Below, one piece after another: positions 1-11,743 of a stretch of 64,000 nucleotides of DNA. Source of the DNA: Octopus vulgaris (taxonomy: Eukaryota); contig OX597833.1 in the NCBI GenBank assembly GCA_951406725.2, positions 19,282,001 to 19,346,000 on the forward strand, in the 5' to 3' direction. The notes below the pieces were generated by a model. That model saw only the letters and a list, made by a program, of their open reading frames with translations, did no database searches and was not told where the DNA came from. Both the position numbers and the translations under genes were made by a program. Every line of letters begins with the position of its first letter. Positions within the stretch are counted from its first letter, which is position 1.

Positions 1-600
1 TGCTTTTTACATGCTACCGGTATGGAAGCCAATTAGCTGCTCTGGCAACGATCACGTTCGGACAGTGCTCTTAGCGCTCCACTAGCACAGGTGCCAGTCA
101 TCGAATTTGATTTCGATTTCAATTCAATATACACACATTGTGAGCTTCTACACAATTTATGGTTCCAAAATTCTGCTCACAAGACATTCTGAAGTAAGCC
201 AAAAGGTCTGGCGAACCAGATGGCTGCACCAGGCTCCAATCTGATCTGGCAGAGTTTCTACAGCTATATGCCCTTCTTAACGCCAACCACTCTGAGAGCG
301 TAGTGGGTGCTTTTACGTGCCACTGGCATGAGGGCCAGTCAGGCTGTACTTGCAACAGCCACACTCAAATGGTGCTTTTTATGTGCCACCTGCACAGGAG
401 CCAGTCCAGCGACACTGGCAACGACCTTGCTTGAATGTTTTTTCACGTGCCACCAGCACAAGTGCCAGTAAGGCAACGCAGGTAACAATCACACTCGAAT
501 GGTGTTTTTTACGTGCCACTGGCACAGAGGCCAGGTTGTTGCTCTGGCAACAGTCACGCTCGTATGGTACTCTTAGCGCTCCACTAGCACGGATGCCAGT
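1..600 (-). mobile_element. RTE-LINE 3'-end-derived repeat with internal tandem units (ggtggcacgtaaaaagcacc-like), fragmented
   Basis: Reverse complement of the family seen at 18248-18643, 40693-41526 and 48291-48569. Confidence 0.7.
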
Positions 601-668
601 CATATATATATATGTGTGGATAAATTTGGCATAATATACAGATATATAGGTTTGTGTCAATGTGTGTG

Positions 669-722
<54 letters not shown>

Positions 723-855
723 TTTGTGTGTGTATATATGTGTGTGTGTATAAATATAAGTATGTATTTATGCACAGTTTATTTAAACTGAATGAATATT
801 TATCTTGCAACTTCAGCCGATGTGTGTGTGTATATATGTACGCATATGTATATCT
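601..855. repeat. (TA)n/(TG)n microsatellite tract
   Basis: Directly visible; generates spurious YI/CV ORFs. Confidence 0.95.
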
Positions 856-2506
856 GTTGACTGTAATAACAATCATATTATTGAATAAACAATACTAAAA
901 CAACCTAAACCTAAATTTTGGCTGAATACGTTTGGCAACTCTTGGAATGTTGATTCTACATCCCATATGATACCAACTTAATCAACTTGCATTTCCAGCC
1001 TTTCGATGTGAATTCTTACCAAGTTATATCTCCTGATCATTTTACACTTCACATCCAGACACACTCCCCCATTCATTGTATGGATTATATGAAATACTTT
1101 TGGTTTTTACAGTCAGTCTCACATTTGTTGAGTAAGGTTTAGTTTTATATGCATTCCAAGTTTATATTTATTGGTGAGTATCTTGGCATCAAACAGAAAT
1201 AGTCTAAATTTCACACTGAACCAAACCACGTGTGTATTCCTTGCAAGAAATCTATGTATGAAATGTTATATTTGTGCACAAAGATGGCTGTGGTAAAAGA
1301 GGTTGTTGTTGAAGCAGACTTATGATCGAAGACAATCCAGATGTGACCATTCTATGCAGGCAAACCAAAACTTTTTTTATTGCTTAGTCAAGAGAAAGAA
1401 AGGGGCCTTGAAGATTAGTGGGAGATGGGGAGGAAGGTTTCCTCAACTTGGAGACCTGCTCTGAAAATCTGTACCAGAATAGATTCCACTAAAGGCACCC
1501 AGGGTGTCAGATTATAATGTTAAACTGGGTAACAGATTAAGTCAACGACCCCAATGTAGGGTGTAAAGTGATGGAAATTTAGCTGCAGTAGCTGCTCGTA
1601 TTTTAAACAGCCACATAGAGCCTGTCTTGTTTGTTTGACATAGTGTTCGACAAAATTTGTAGAACATTAAAAGAAAATGGTCTGTGCTATTTATTTTATT
1701 TATCTTTGCACTACTTTTTTGCATATCTCAACAACATCTAAGCCACTTCTCTGTTCAGTATCTTCCACCTCTCTCCTCTCTGTAATATGTTATATATCAG
1801 TTCTTGCTGTGATGTCTCCTTCTATCCTGCTTCTCTGTATCTGGTGGACGCGTCTGAAAGGACTAGAGACAAACACTTTCCTCTCTGGTCAATCTCTCAT
1901 CAACTTTTTCAAGTATCACTTGAAAAGGAAGGTGAGAGTAGAGAGGCAAGTTTTGTCTAGCGACTGTTTCAAAAAAAGATGGGTAAATGTGGGAAGGATG
2001 GCACGTATGAATGATGAAGCCACCTTGAGCATGATCCTATGAACCATAAAAATTTAAAACAGAGAGTTACTTATTTGTAAATAAATATGTTAATATGTGA
2101 CATAATTGCTCGAGATTACTGTGGTCTTTTCGTAGGTTTTTCTTTCCACAGATAAACCTCCCCATTTCTTGGGAACGTTTTCTACTATTTCGAAATTTTT
2201 TGCATATATACCCAATGATTTCGATCCATTTTGATCATTGTCCCTATTTTTTTTTTACTTTGTTTTCACCCCCTACCCCTTGAAAAGAAAAACTCTACAT
2301 TGGAATTGTCCCCTCTGTGTCTAGCCCTGTGTGGTCAATAAAGATATCTATCCTACTTCTCTTTACAGCGCCCTTTACTTTACATATCTTAACAACATCT
2401 TCTGTAACCACTTCTCTCATCAGTATCTTTCTCAGTTTCTGCCTTACTTTACTCAGTAGTATTTTGTATATAACTATTCTCTGTTGTACATTTAATAAAG
2501 TAATCT

Positions 2507-2816
2507 CAGTGGTTAGAGCATCGAGCTTACGATCATGAGGTTGTGAGTTCGAATCCTGCGTGTTGTGTTTTTGAGTAAGACACTTTATTTCACGTTGCTC
2601 CAGTTCACTCAGCTGCAGAAATGAGTTGCAACATCACAGGTGACAAGCTGTATCTGCTGTTGCCTTTCCCTTTGATAACACTGGTGGCATGGAGAGGGGA
2701 GGCCGGTATGCATGGGCGACTGCTGGTCTTTCATAAACAACCTTGCCCGGACTTGCGCCTGGGAGGGTAACTTTCTAAGTGCAATCCCATGGTCAGTCAT
2801 GACCGAAGGGGGTCTC
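2507..2816 (+). mobile_element. tRNA-derived SINE (A-box agtggttagagca, B-box gagttcgaatcc)
   Basis: Pol III box-like head followed by a non-tRNA body. Confidence 0.65.
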
Positions 2817-3399
2817 AATATTAACAAAACTGTTTTTCATTTAAAAGTAATCTTGAAGCTAAATAAACTCAATACTGCATGATGAGGCCAGGTTTTTGAA
2901 TTACAAATACAATCTACAAAAAGGGAGACAGAAATAGGGAGAAGGATCAGCCCCAGTCCTGGATATTTATCTTTTACTTGTTTCATTATTGGACTGCAGC
3001 CATACTGATGTGGAGCATTGAAGGGTTTTAGTTGAACAAATCGACCCCTGTACTTTAACTGGCACTCATATCAGTTACAACAATGAGGGTTCATTGATCT
3101 GATCAACAGAACAGCCTGCTGGTGAAATTAAAATGCAAGTGACTGAGCACTCCGCAAACATGTGAACCCATTGTGAAGTTCTCAAAGAGATTCTCCATGA
3201 CACAGAATGTGACAAGGCTGATTCTTTGAATTTTAGTTACAACTCATTATTGCAAGCTAAGTGTGCTGGAGCAATGTGAAATAAAGCATCTTGCTCATGG
3301 AAACAGTGCACCACCTTTACAATCATCTTTCATTTCATTTCATCTAGTTTCAGCTCATGAGCTGTGGCCATGCTGGGCAACTGCCATTTGGTGTTGCTA

Positions 3400-3715
3400 C
3401 ATGATTTCACTTCAAGACCACTTTTTAGCAATTGTCATTTGGTGCATGAGAGAGTTTGATGCAGCTGTCCTCATGTATACTTCCTGCTGCGAAGTTGGTT
3501 CATATGGGACACCTGACAGGAAGAGGTCCAGCTTTATTTTGAAGACACCTACATCCACCCCATGCAGGTCTCTCAGGTCCTTTGGGAGGATATTGAAGAG
3601 CTGTGGACCTCTGAAGCCCAGGCTATTGCAGTATCTTGTCCTACATCTTGATGGCAAATTTGGAGTCCTTGGCACTATGCAGTGGCACCCAGTTCTAGCA
3701 TTTGTGTTCATGAGC
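3400..3715 (-). mobile_element. Non-LTR retrotransposon ORF2 C-terminal fragment (CR1/Jockey-like group)
   Basis: Peptide RGPQLFNILPKDLR...FKIKLDLFLSGVP is typical of LINE ORF2 ends. Confidence 0.7.
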
Positions 3716-3882
3716 TGAATACTCTAAACACTAAGCCTTCACTGTTAAAAGAATTAATATTATTATGAAATTAAAAGAAAAAATAAGCACCATTTAATAA
3801 AATAGAAAGAAATGGTTCAGGAATGGTTAGTTAATCCAAAAGAGCAAGACATCAAGTTCACAAATCTCTTGCAATACATTAC

Positions 3883-4223
3883 GGAGATTTACTTGCATAG
3901 CAAGTGATTTGATCTGAGATCGTGTGCTTGAAACGAAAACAATTGCAGCGTGGAAGTTGTTTGTAAGCCATTTAAGAAACACACAAAATCTGTTTGATTT
4001 ACTTCAACATTTAAGTTTAATTTGTCAAAATATTTTCGTCACTTTAAGACCACAGCCTGTTCACTGACAAAAAGATGCAGCGTAGATTTTTGTCAGTGAA
4101 CAGGTCGCAGTCTTAAAGCGACAAAAATATTTTGACAAATTAAACTTAAATGTTGAAGTGAATCGAACAGCTTTTGTGTGATTCATAAATGGCTTACAAA
4201 CACCTTCCATGCTGCAATTGTTT
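3883..4223. mobile_element. Palindromic (foldback) repeat, ~135-bp arms; second copy at 32881-33191
   Basis: aaacaattgcagc...cactgacaaaaa pairs with tttttgtcagtg...gctgcaattgttt. Absent from the homologous 3' flank of copy A. Confidence 0.85.
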
Positions 4224-4529
4224 GCAATTCAATATATTTTGATTACAGGGGAAGAGATGAGAGAGACAGGTGGGTGTAGAAATAAATGAACATGAGTTTA
4301 TGACTAAAATGCTTTGTAAAAATAAATACTTTAATACTCAGAAAAAGATGTCAGCCTTCATGTTAAAAAAAAAAGCAGTAAAAAGGTATAATTGAATATT
4401 TATATAAGTAAATAAGAAAGCATGCATGCATGCATTTATCCATCAATCAATCAATCAAAGTGCAGTAGCTGCAGCAAAGTTATAATTTGAAAGGGAAACG
4501 GATAAGGTGAAAGGAGTGGATAGCATGAG

Positions 4530-6304
4530 TTATCGTTGGGTATCTAATGATTTGGGCTGCCAGACTGGGGCTGTTGATTTAGGAAGTGCTGGCCGATTCC
4601 GAATGATATCTGCGGCTTTTTCAGCAAGCATACAAGTCGGACCGTTTAAGTTGCCACTGACTACACTGGGCATGATTGAGGCATCTACGACACGAAGATT
4701 CTCAATTCCATAGACTTTAGTGTCAGGACCGACCACAGCCATATTATCTGATGGATCTCCCATCTTGCAGGTACAACATGGGTGATAGTTACTGTCAGAC
4801 TTCTGACGGATAAATGCATCGATTTGTTTATCACTTTGGACATTGGGACCAGGAGCTAGTTCCTCACCTCTATAAGGATCAAAAGCTTTCTGTGCAAATA
4901 TCTCTCTTGAGAGTTTGACATTATCTCTCATATCTGCTACATCTTGTTCGGTTGTAAGGTAGTTAGCAACTATAATTGGATGAACCTTAGGGTCTTTAGA
5001 CTTCAATTTCAAATAGCCTTTACTTGTAGGTCTCATAGGACCCACATAAAACTGATAAGCATGACATGGGCCTGCTTTGCGACCATGATCATCCAAAGCA
5101 GATGGCAGAAAGTGGAATTGAATATCTGGATGTTCTACACCAGGTCTACTACGAATGAAACCTCCTGTTTCAAAATGAGATGTAGCACCATCACCTGTAG
5201 ATGTCAGAAACCATTGAAGTCCAATTTTAATCATGACATGTGGAAACTTCCATTGCGCTTTGTACAATGTGATTGGTTTAAGACATTTCTGTTGTAAGCA
5301 GACTACAAGATGGTCCTGAAGATTTGAGCCTACGCCAGGTAAATGATTAACAATTGGAATGTCCAGTTTTTTAAGGTCATCAGCATTGCCAATACCAGAA
5401 AGCATGAGAAGTTGTGGGGAATTGATAGCACCACCACTTAGAATCACTTCCTTGTTGGCCCTTACTTGGTGAATAACACCTTTCTGTTCGTACTCAATGC
5501 CAACTGCTTTGTTACCTTCGAAAAGGATCCTCCTGGCAAATGCATTTACTTCAGTGTCTAGGTTTGGTCTTTTTAACGACTTCCTCAGGTAAGCACTAGC
5601 TGTACTCCACCTCTTACCCTTGTGAACAGTCATGTCCATCCAACCAAATCCTTCTTGCTGGTAGCCATTCATATCATCGGTGAATGGGTAACCAGCTTGA
5701 ACACCAGCATCAATGAAAGCCTGGTGCAGCTCGTTATTAGACTTACCCTGAGATACATGCAAGGGCCCTTCTCCTCCCCGATATTCATCAGGACCCAGTT
5801 CATGTGTCTGAGATTTACGGAAATAAGGTAAACAGTCTGCATATGACCAGTTCAAAGCCCCTTCCTTTTCCCATCGGTCATAATTAAGAGCATGACCCCG
5901 AATATACACCATTGCATTTAGAGAAGATGACCCACCCCAAACACGGCCCCTTGGCCAATACATTACACGGTTGTCCATGCCTCTCTCCGGTTCTGTCATG
6001 TAGTACCAATTATATTTATCATCACATAGGTTGTATATCAGAGCTGCAGGCATGTGGATCTTCCAAGTATAGTCCTTTGGACCAGCTTCCAATAGAAGTA
6101 CAGTATTGTCAGCATCTTCTGTAAGGCGATTACTGAGGACACACCCTGCAGACCCTGCCCCAACAACAACGTAACTATATTCCTTGGTGGCTGTCACTGA
6201 GTCTTTTGAAGATGTACTAAAATAACGACCAGTCGATTGGGTGCCTGAGAAAGGAGGTCGATGATGGCAGTGGGCAGTCAACATACCAGGGTTTATCGGC
6301 AGGG
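4530..6304 (-). CDS. CHDH: Terminal GMC exon copy C: intact, active-site-diverged choline dehydrogenase-like paralog
   Basis: Open frame, 1775 nt, same acceptor. About 26 aa differences from A: LQDHLE to LQDHLV, SAYHP to SNYHP, QVHV to QFYV. Catalytic His (YHP) and Asn (GNLN) are retained. Confidence 0.9.
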
Positions 6305-6624
6305 CTAGAGGGTAAGAGAAAGATGAATACAAAGTAGGATATAGTAGTATAAATACAGCAGATAACAGTTATATATAAACTCACTATTAAAAGCAGACAA
6401 ACAGGTAATTTGATAACTTCTTCCAGGACCAAGATTAGAAATTTAAGGGAAAGGGACAGTTGGTTATATCAACCCCAGTAATTTACTAGTACCTATTTTA
6501 TGAACCACGCAAAGAACGAAAAAGGAAAAGCATATGATGTGAACTCAAAATATAAAGTGTCATGTTTAAAAATGAAGGAGCATGGCCTTATGATTAGGGT
6601 GTTGTACTCGCGATTCTGAATACC

Positions 6625-6852
6625 TATTTCTTTACTAACCACAAAGGGCCAAACACAGAGGGGACAAACAAGGACAGACAAATGGATTAAGTCGATTACA
6701 TCAATGCCAGTGCGTAACTGGTACTTAATTTATTCACCCCGAAAGGATGAAAGGCAAAGTCGACCTCGGCGGAATTTGAACTCGGAATGTAACGGCAGAC
6801 GAAATACCGGTAAGTATTTCGCCCGGCGTGCTAACATTTCTACTAGCTCGCC
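6625..6852 (-). mobile_element. SINE (family B) insertion with 14-bp target-site duplication cgattctgaatacc
   Basis: TSD at 6611-6624 and 6853-6866; empty site in the paralogous flank at 10229-10242. Confidence 0.92.
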
Positions 6853-7156
6853 CGATTCTGAATACCAGTCAAATTGTAGAGTTTACTGGGTACTTTTTAC
6901 AAGTCACCAGCATTAGTGAGGTCACCAAGAGCTTGCTTGTACATGGTTGTTTGTGTGAATGTGTTTGTATTTTCCTCATCTTCACATGTGTTCACTTGCT
7001 AGTTTCTAAGCAATGGCTTCACTGATGGTATCATTTGCTTGTAGTTCACTGCAAAAGCATGTACAGGATTCTTTTTCAGTTCTATATTTAAGAGATGAGG
7101 AATTATGTACATTATTTACATTTGACGGATATTTGTCCTCATCTTGTTTGTCATTA

Positions 7157-7200
7157 ACACAACGTTTTGGCTGATATACCCTCCAGCTTTCATCAGGTGT
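7157..7200 (-). ncRNA. Degenerate minimal type-I hammerhead ribozyme motif in a Penelope-like repeat (copy C flank)
   Basis: acac-CTGATGA-stem II (gctg/cagc)-[A]AAAC-GTT-gtgt; the G of GAAA is mutated. Confidence 0.45.
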
Positions 7201-7527
7201 CTTGGGGAAATTTCGAACCTGGGTTCTCATTCCTAAGGTATTTTTCGATGTTATTATTATTGTTATTGTTCAGGTTACTGCTTGGAATCAAACTCAGAAC
7301 CTTGGGGTTAGTAGCCCGCGCTTTAACCACTACTCCATATGCTTTTTGTTTGGAAGATTAGGTGATAATTGTCTCACATGGAAGCAAATGGAGGCTGGGC
7401 AACAGGAAGAGCATCTAGCCATGAAAATCTCAGTCCCAACAATGACAACTGAGAGTGGTGCAACAGTCAGAGATAAGACTGAATGACTCTTAAAACTTTA
7501 AGGTCTCTGCACAAGAGACATTGTTTA

Positions 7528-7933
7528 TGGCGCAGGAGTGGCTGTGTGGTAAGTAGCTTGTTTACCAACCACATGGTTCCGGGTTCAGTCCCACTGCATG
7601 GCACCTTGGGCAAGTGTCTTCTACTATAGCCTCGGGCTGGCCAAAGCCTTGTGAGTGGATTTGTTAGACGGAAACTGAAAGAAGCCCGTCGTATATATGT
7701 ATATATATATAAGCATGTGTGTATTTGTGTGTCTGTGTTTGTCCCACTAGCATTGCTTGACAACCGATGCTGGTGTGTTTATGTCCCCGTAACTTAGCGG
7801 TTCGGCAAAAGAGACCGATAGAATAAGTACTGGGCTTACAAAAGAATAATTCCCGGGGTCGAGTTGCTCGATTAAAGGCGGTGCTCCAGCATGGCCACAG
7901 TCAAATGACTGAAACAAGTAAAAGAGTAAAAGA
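7528..7933 (+). mobile_element. tRNA-derived SINE family A (ggcgcaggagtggctgtgtggtaag... internal TA/TG tract ... gtaaaaga tail)
   Basis: High-copy in the window: also 10906-11338, 11744-12168(-), 16715-17418(-, interrupted), 19561-19950, 23469-23873, 38753-39160, 46605-46996, 48836-49226, 57290-57645(-), 63098-63522. Confidence 0.9.
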
Positions 7934-8026
7934 GTGTATACACACATATATATATATGTGTATATATATATACTCTTTACTCTTTTACTTGTTTCAGTCA
8001 TTTGACTGTGGCATGCTGGAGCACCG

Positions 8027-8074
<48 letters not shown>

Positions 8075-8181
8075 CAATTAGAATACATTGGTTGCTGCAT
8101 AGCAGCAAAGTTATAATCCTTTAGACAAGAGAAAAGAAAACATAACATGAAAGGGAGTGAAAGGAGTGGGGATAGCATGAG

Positions 8182-9956
8182 TTATCTTTGGGTATCTAAT
8201 GATTTGGGCTGCCAGACTGGGGCTGTTGATTTAGGAAGTGCTGGCCGATTCCGAATGATATCTGCTGCTTTTTCAGCAAGCATGCAAGTCGGACCGTTTA
8301 AGTTGCCACTGACTACACTGGGCATGATTGAGGCATCTATGACATGAAGATTCTCAATTCCATAGACTTTAGTGTCAGGACCGACCACAGCCATATTATC
8401 TGATGGATCTCCCATCTTGCAGGTACAACATGGGTGATAGGCACTGTCAGACATCTGACGGATAAATGCATCGATTTGTTTATCACTTTGGACATTGGGA
8501 CCAGGAGCTAGTTCCTCGCCTCTATAAGGATCAAATGCTTTCTGTGCAAATATCTCTCTTGAGAGTTTGACATTATCTCTCATATCTACTACATCTTGTT
8601 CGGTCGTAAGGTAGTTACCAACTATAACTGGATGAACCTTAGGGTCTTTAGACTTCAATTTCATATAGCCTCTACTTGTAGGTCTCATAGGACCCACATG
8701 AACTTGATAAGCATGACATGGGCCTACTTTGCGTCCATGATCATTAACAGTAGATGGTAGAAAGTGGAACTGAATATCTGGATGTTCTACACCAGGTCTG
8801 CTGCGAATGAAACCTCCAGATTCTAAATGAGATGTAGCACCATCACCTGTAAAAGCCAGAAACCATTGAAGTCCAGTTTTGATCATGACATGTGGAAACT
8901 TCCATTGCGCTTTGTACAATGTGATTGGTTTAAGACATTTCTGTTGAATATAGACTTCAAGATGATCCTGAAGATTTGAGCCTACACCAGGTAAATGGTT
9001 GACAATTGGAATGTCCAGTTTTTTAAGGTCATCAGCATTGCCAATACCAGAAAGCATGAGAAGTTGTGGGGAATTGATAGCACCACCACTTAGAATCACT
9101 TCCTTGTTGGCCCTTACTTGGTGAATAACACCTTTCTGTTCGTACTCAATGCCAACTGCTTTGTTACCTTCGAAAAGGATCCTCCTGGCAAATGCATTTA
9201 CTTCAGTGTCTAGGTTTGGTCTTTTTAACGACTTCCTCAGGTAAGCACTAGCTGTACTCCACCTCTTACCCTTGTGAACAGTCATGTCCATCCAACCAAA
9301 TCCTTCTTGCTGGTAGCCATTCATATCATCGGTGAATGGGTAACCAGCTTGAACACCAGCATCAATGAAAGCCTGGTGCAGCTCGTTATTAGACTTACCC
9401 TGAGATACATGCAAGGGCCCTTCTCCTCCCCGATATTCATCAGGACCCAGTTCATGTGTCTGAGATTTACGGAAATAAGGTAAACAGTCTGCATATGACC
9501 AGTTCAAAGCCCCTTCCTTTTCCCATCGGTCATAATCAAGAGCATGACCCCGAATATACACCATTGCATTTAGAGAAGATGACCCACCCCAAACACGACC
9601 CCTTGGCCAATACATTACTCGGTTATCCATGCCTCTCTCCGGTTCTGTCATGTAGTACCAATTATATTTATCATCACATAGGTTGTACTTCAGAGCTGCG
9701 GGCATGTGGATCTTCCAAGTATAGTCCTTTGGACCAGCTTCCAATAGAAGTACAGTATTGTCAACATCTTCTGTAAGGCGATTACTGAGGACACACCCTG
9801 CAGACCCGGCCCCAACAACAATGTAACTATAATCCTTGGTGGCTGTTACTGAGTCTTTTGAAGATGTACTAAAATAACGACCAGTTGATTGGCTGCCTGA
9901 GAAAGGAGGTTGATGATGGCAGTGGGCAGTCAACATACCAGGGTTTATCAGCAGGG
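8182..9956 (-). CDS. CHDH: Terminal GMC exon copy B: intact duplicate of the choline dehydrogenase exon
   Basis: Open frame, same 1775-nt length and same acceptor as copy A. About 18 aa differences from A by manual comparison, including PAAL-M to PAAL-K. Confidence 0.9.
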
Positions 9957-10532
9957 CTAGAGGGTAAGAGAAAGATGAATACAAAGTAGGATATAGTAGT
10001 ATAAATACAGCAGACAACATTTATAAATAAGCTCACTATTAAAAGCAGACAAATAGGTAATTAAGGGAAAGGGACAGTTGGTTATACCAACCCCAGTAAT
10101 TTACTAGTACCTATTTTATGAACCACGCAAAGAAGGAAAAAGGAAAAGCGTATGATGTGAACTCAAAATATAAAGTGTCATGTTTAAAAATAAAAAGTCA
10201 TGGCCTTGTGATTCGGTTGTTGTACTCCCGATTCTGAATACCAGTCAAATTATAGAGTTTACTGGGTACTTTTTACAAGGCACCAGCATTAGTGAGGTCA
10301 CCAAGAGCTTGCTTGTACATGGTTGTTTGTGTGAATGTGTTTGTATTTTCCTCATCTTCACATGTGTTCACTTGCTAGTTTCTAAGCAATGCCTTCACTG
10401 ATGGTATCATTTGCTTGTAGTTCACTGCAAAAGCATGTACAGGATTCTTTTTCAGTTCTATATTTAAGAGATGAGGAATTATGTACATTATTTACATTTG
10501 ACGGATATTTGTCCTCATCTTGTTTGTCATTA

Positions 10533-10576
10533 ACACAACGTTTTCGCTGGTATACCCTCCAGCTTTCATCAGGTGT
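10533..10576 (-). ncRNA. Minimal type-I hammerhead ribozyme motif in a Penelope-like repeat (copy B flank)
   Basis: acac-CTGATGA-aa-gctgg-agggtata-ccagc-GAAA-acgtt-gtgt; stems I and II pair and stem III is palindromic. Confidence 0.55.
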
Positions 10577-10905
10577 CTTGGGGAAATTTCGAACCTGGGT
10601 TCTCATTCCTAAGGTATTTTTCGATGTTATTATTATTGTTATTGTTCAGGTTACTGCTTGGAATCAAACTCGGAATCTTGGGGTTAGTAGCCTGCGCTCT
10701 TAACCACTACGCCATATGCTTTTTGTTTGGCAGATTAGGTGATAATTGTCTCATATGGAAGCAAATGGAGGCTGGGCAACAGGAAGAGCATCTAGCCATG
10801 AAAATCTCTGTCCCAACAACGACAACTGAGAGTGGTGCAACATTCAGAGATAAGACTGAATGACTCTTAAAACTTTAAGGTCTCTGCACAAGAGACCTTG
10901 TTTAT

Positions 10906-11070
10906 GGCGCAGGAGTGGCTGTGTGGTAAGGAGCTAGTTTACCAACCACATGGTTCTGGGTTCAGTCCCACTGCGTGGCACCTTGGGCAAGTGTCTTCTA
11001 CTATAACCTCGGGTCGACCAAAGCCTTATGAGTGGATTTGTTAGACAGAAACTGAAAGAAGCCCGTCGTA

Positions 11071-11120
<50 letters not shown>

Positions 11121-11338
11121 TGTGTGCATTTGTGTGTCTGTGTTTGTCCCCCTAGCATTGCTTGACAACTGATGCTGGTGTGTTTATGTCCCCGTTACTT
11201 AGCAGTTCGGCAAAAGAGACCGATAGAATAAGTACTGGGCTTACAAAAGAATAAGTCCCGGGGTTGAGTTGCTCGACCAAAGGCGGTGCTCCAGCATGGC
11301 CACAGTCAAAGGGCTGAAACAAGTAAAAGAGTAAGAGT
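10906..11338 (+). mobile_element. SINE family A copy marking the end of the B/C duplicated unit
   Basis: Paralogous to 7528-7933; similarity between the two units stops after its tail. Confidence 0.9.
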
Positions 11339-11743
11339 TTTACATCTTCTGTAGCTTGTTTAATGGTAAGTTTCTATTTGTTTCTGTCATTGGACTGTGA
11401 TCATGCTGGGACACAAGCTTGAAGGGTTCAAATCAAACCCACCAACCCCAGTGCTTACATTTTTTTTCAAGTCTGGTACTTATTCTGCTGCTCTCTCTAG
11501 CTGAACCACTAAACTATGGGATGTAAACAAAGTAACACCAGTCATCAAGTATTAGTGTGGGGGTGATTTTCCTTACAGTTTCCATCCACAAAATTCATTC
11601 ACAAGGCTATTGTACAAGATACTTACCCAAGGTACTGTACAGTGGAATTGAACCTGAAACCACATGATTACAAAGTGAGCTCTGCCTAAGATTTCTTCAT
11701 AACTAAATCTTTACTTAATGTTTTTTTCTTTTATTTGGTCATT

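Larger units (their letters stand above)
4530..11335. repeat. Tandem segmental duplication (offset ~3.65 kb at the exon): exon C plus its upstream flank (4530-7930) vs exon B plus its upstream flank (8182-11335)
   Basis: Near-identical non-coding flanks (6305-7930 vs 9957-11335), both ending in the same SINE copy. Confidence 0.95.

Noticed and set aside
379-898. ORFs rich in YI/HT/CV dipeptides (also 52748-53205, 59762-60125, 33846-34085)
   Set aside because: These are translations of (TA)n/(CA)n microsatellites.
4507-6124. Plus-strand ORFs repeated three times (e.g. [10 protein letters not shown]..., MKG...VSNDLGCQ...)
   Set aside because: Antisense shadows of the GMC exons; they recur only because the exon is triplicated.
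7467-7763. Recurrent ORFs such as [20 protein letters not shown] / [25 protein letters not shown]
   Set aside because: Translations of SINE family A, not a protein family.
9870-9956. Apparent preservation of the alternative frame ([10 protein letters not shown]...) in copy B
   Set aside because: The substitutions that are silent in that frame are CpG transitions; there are too few sites to argue for dual coding.
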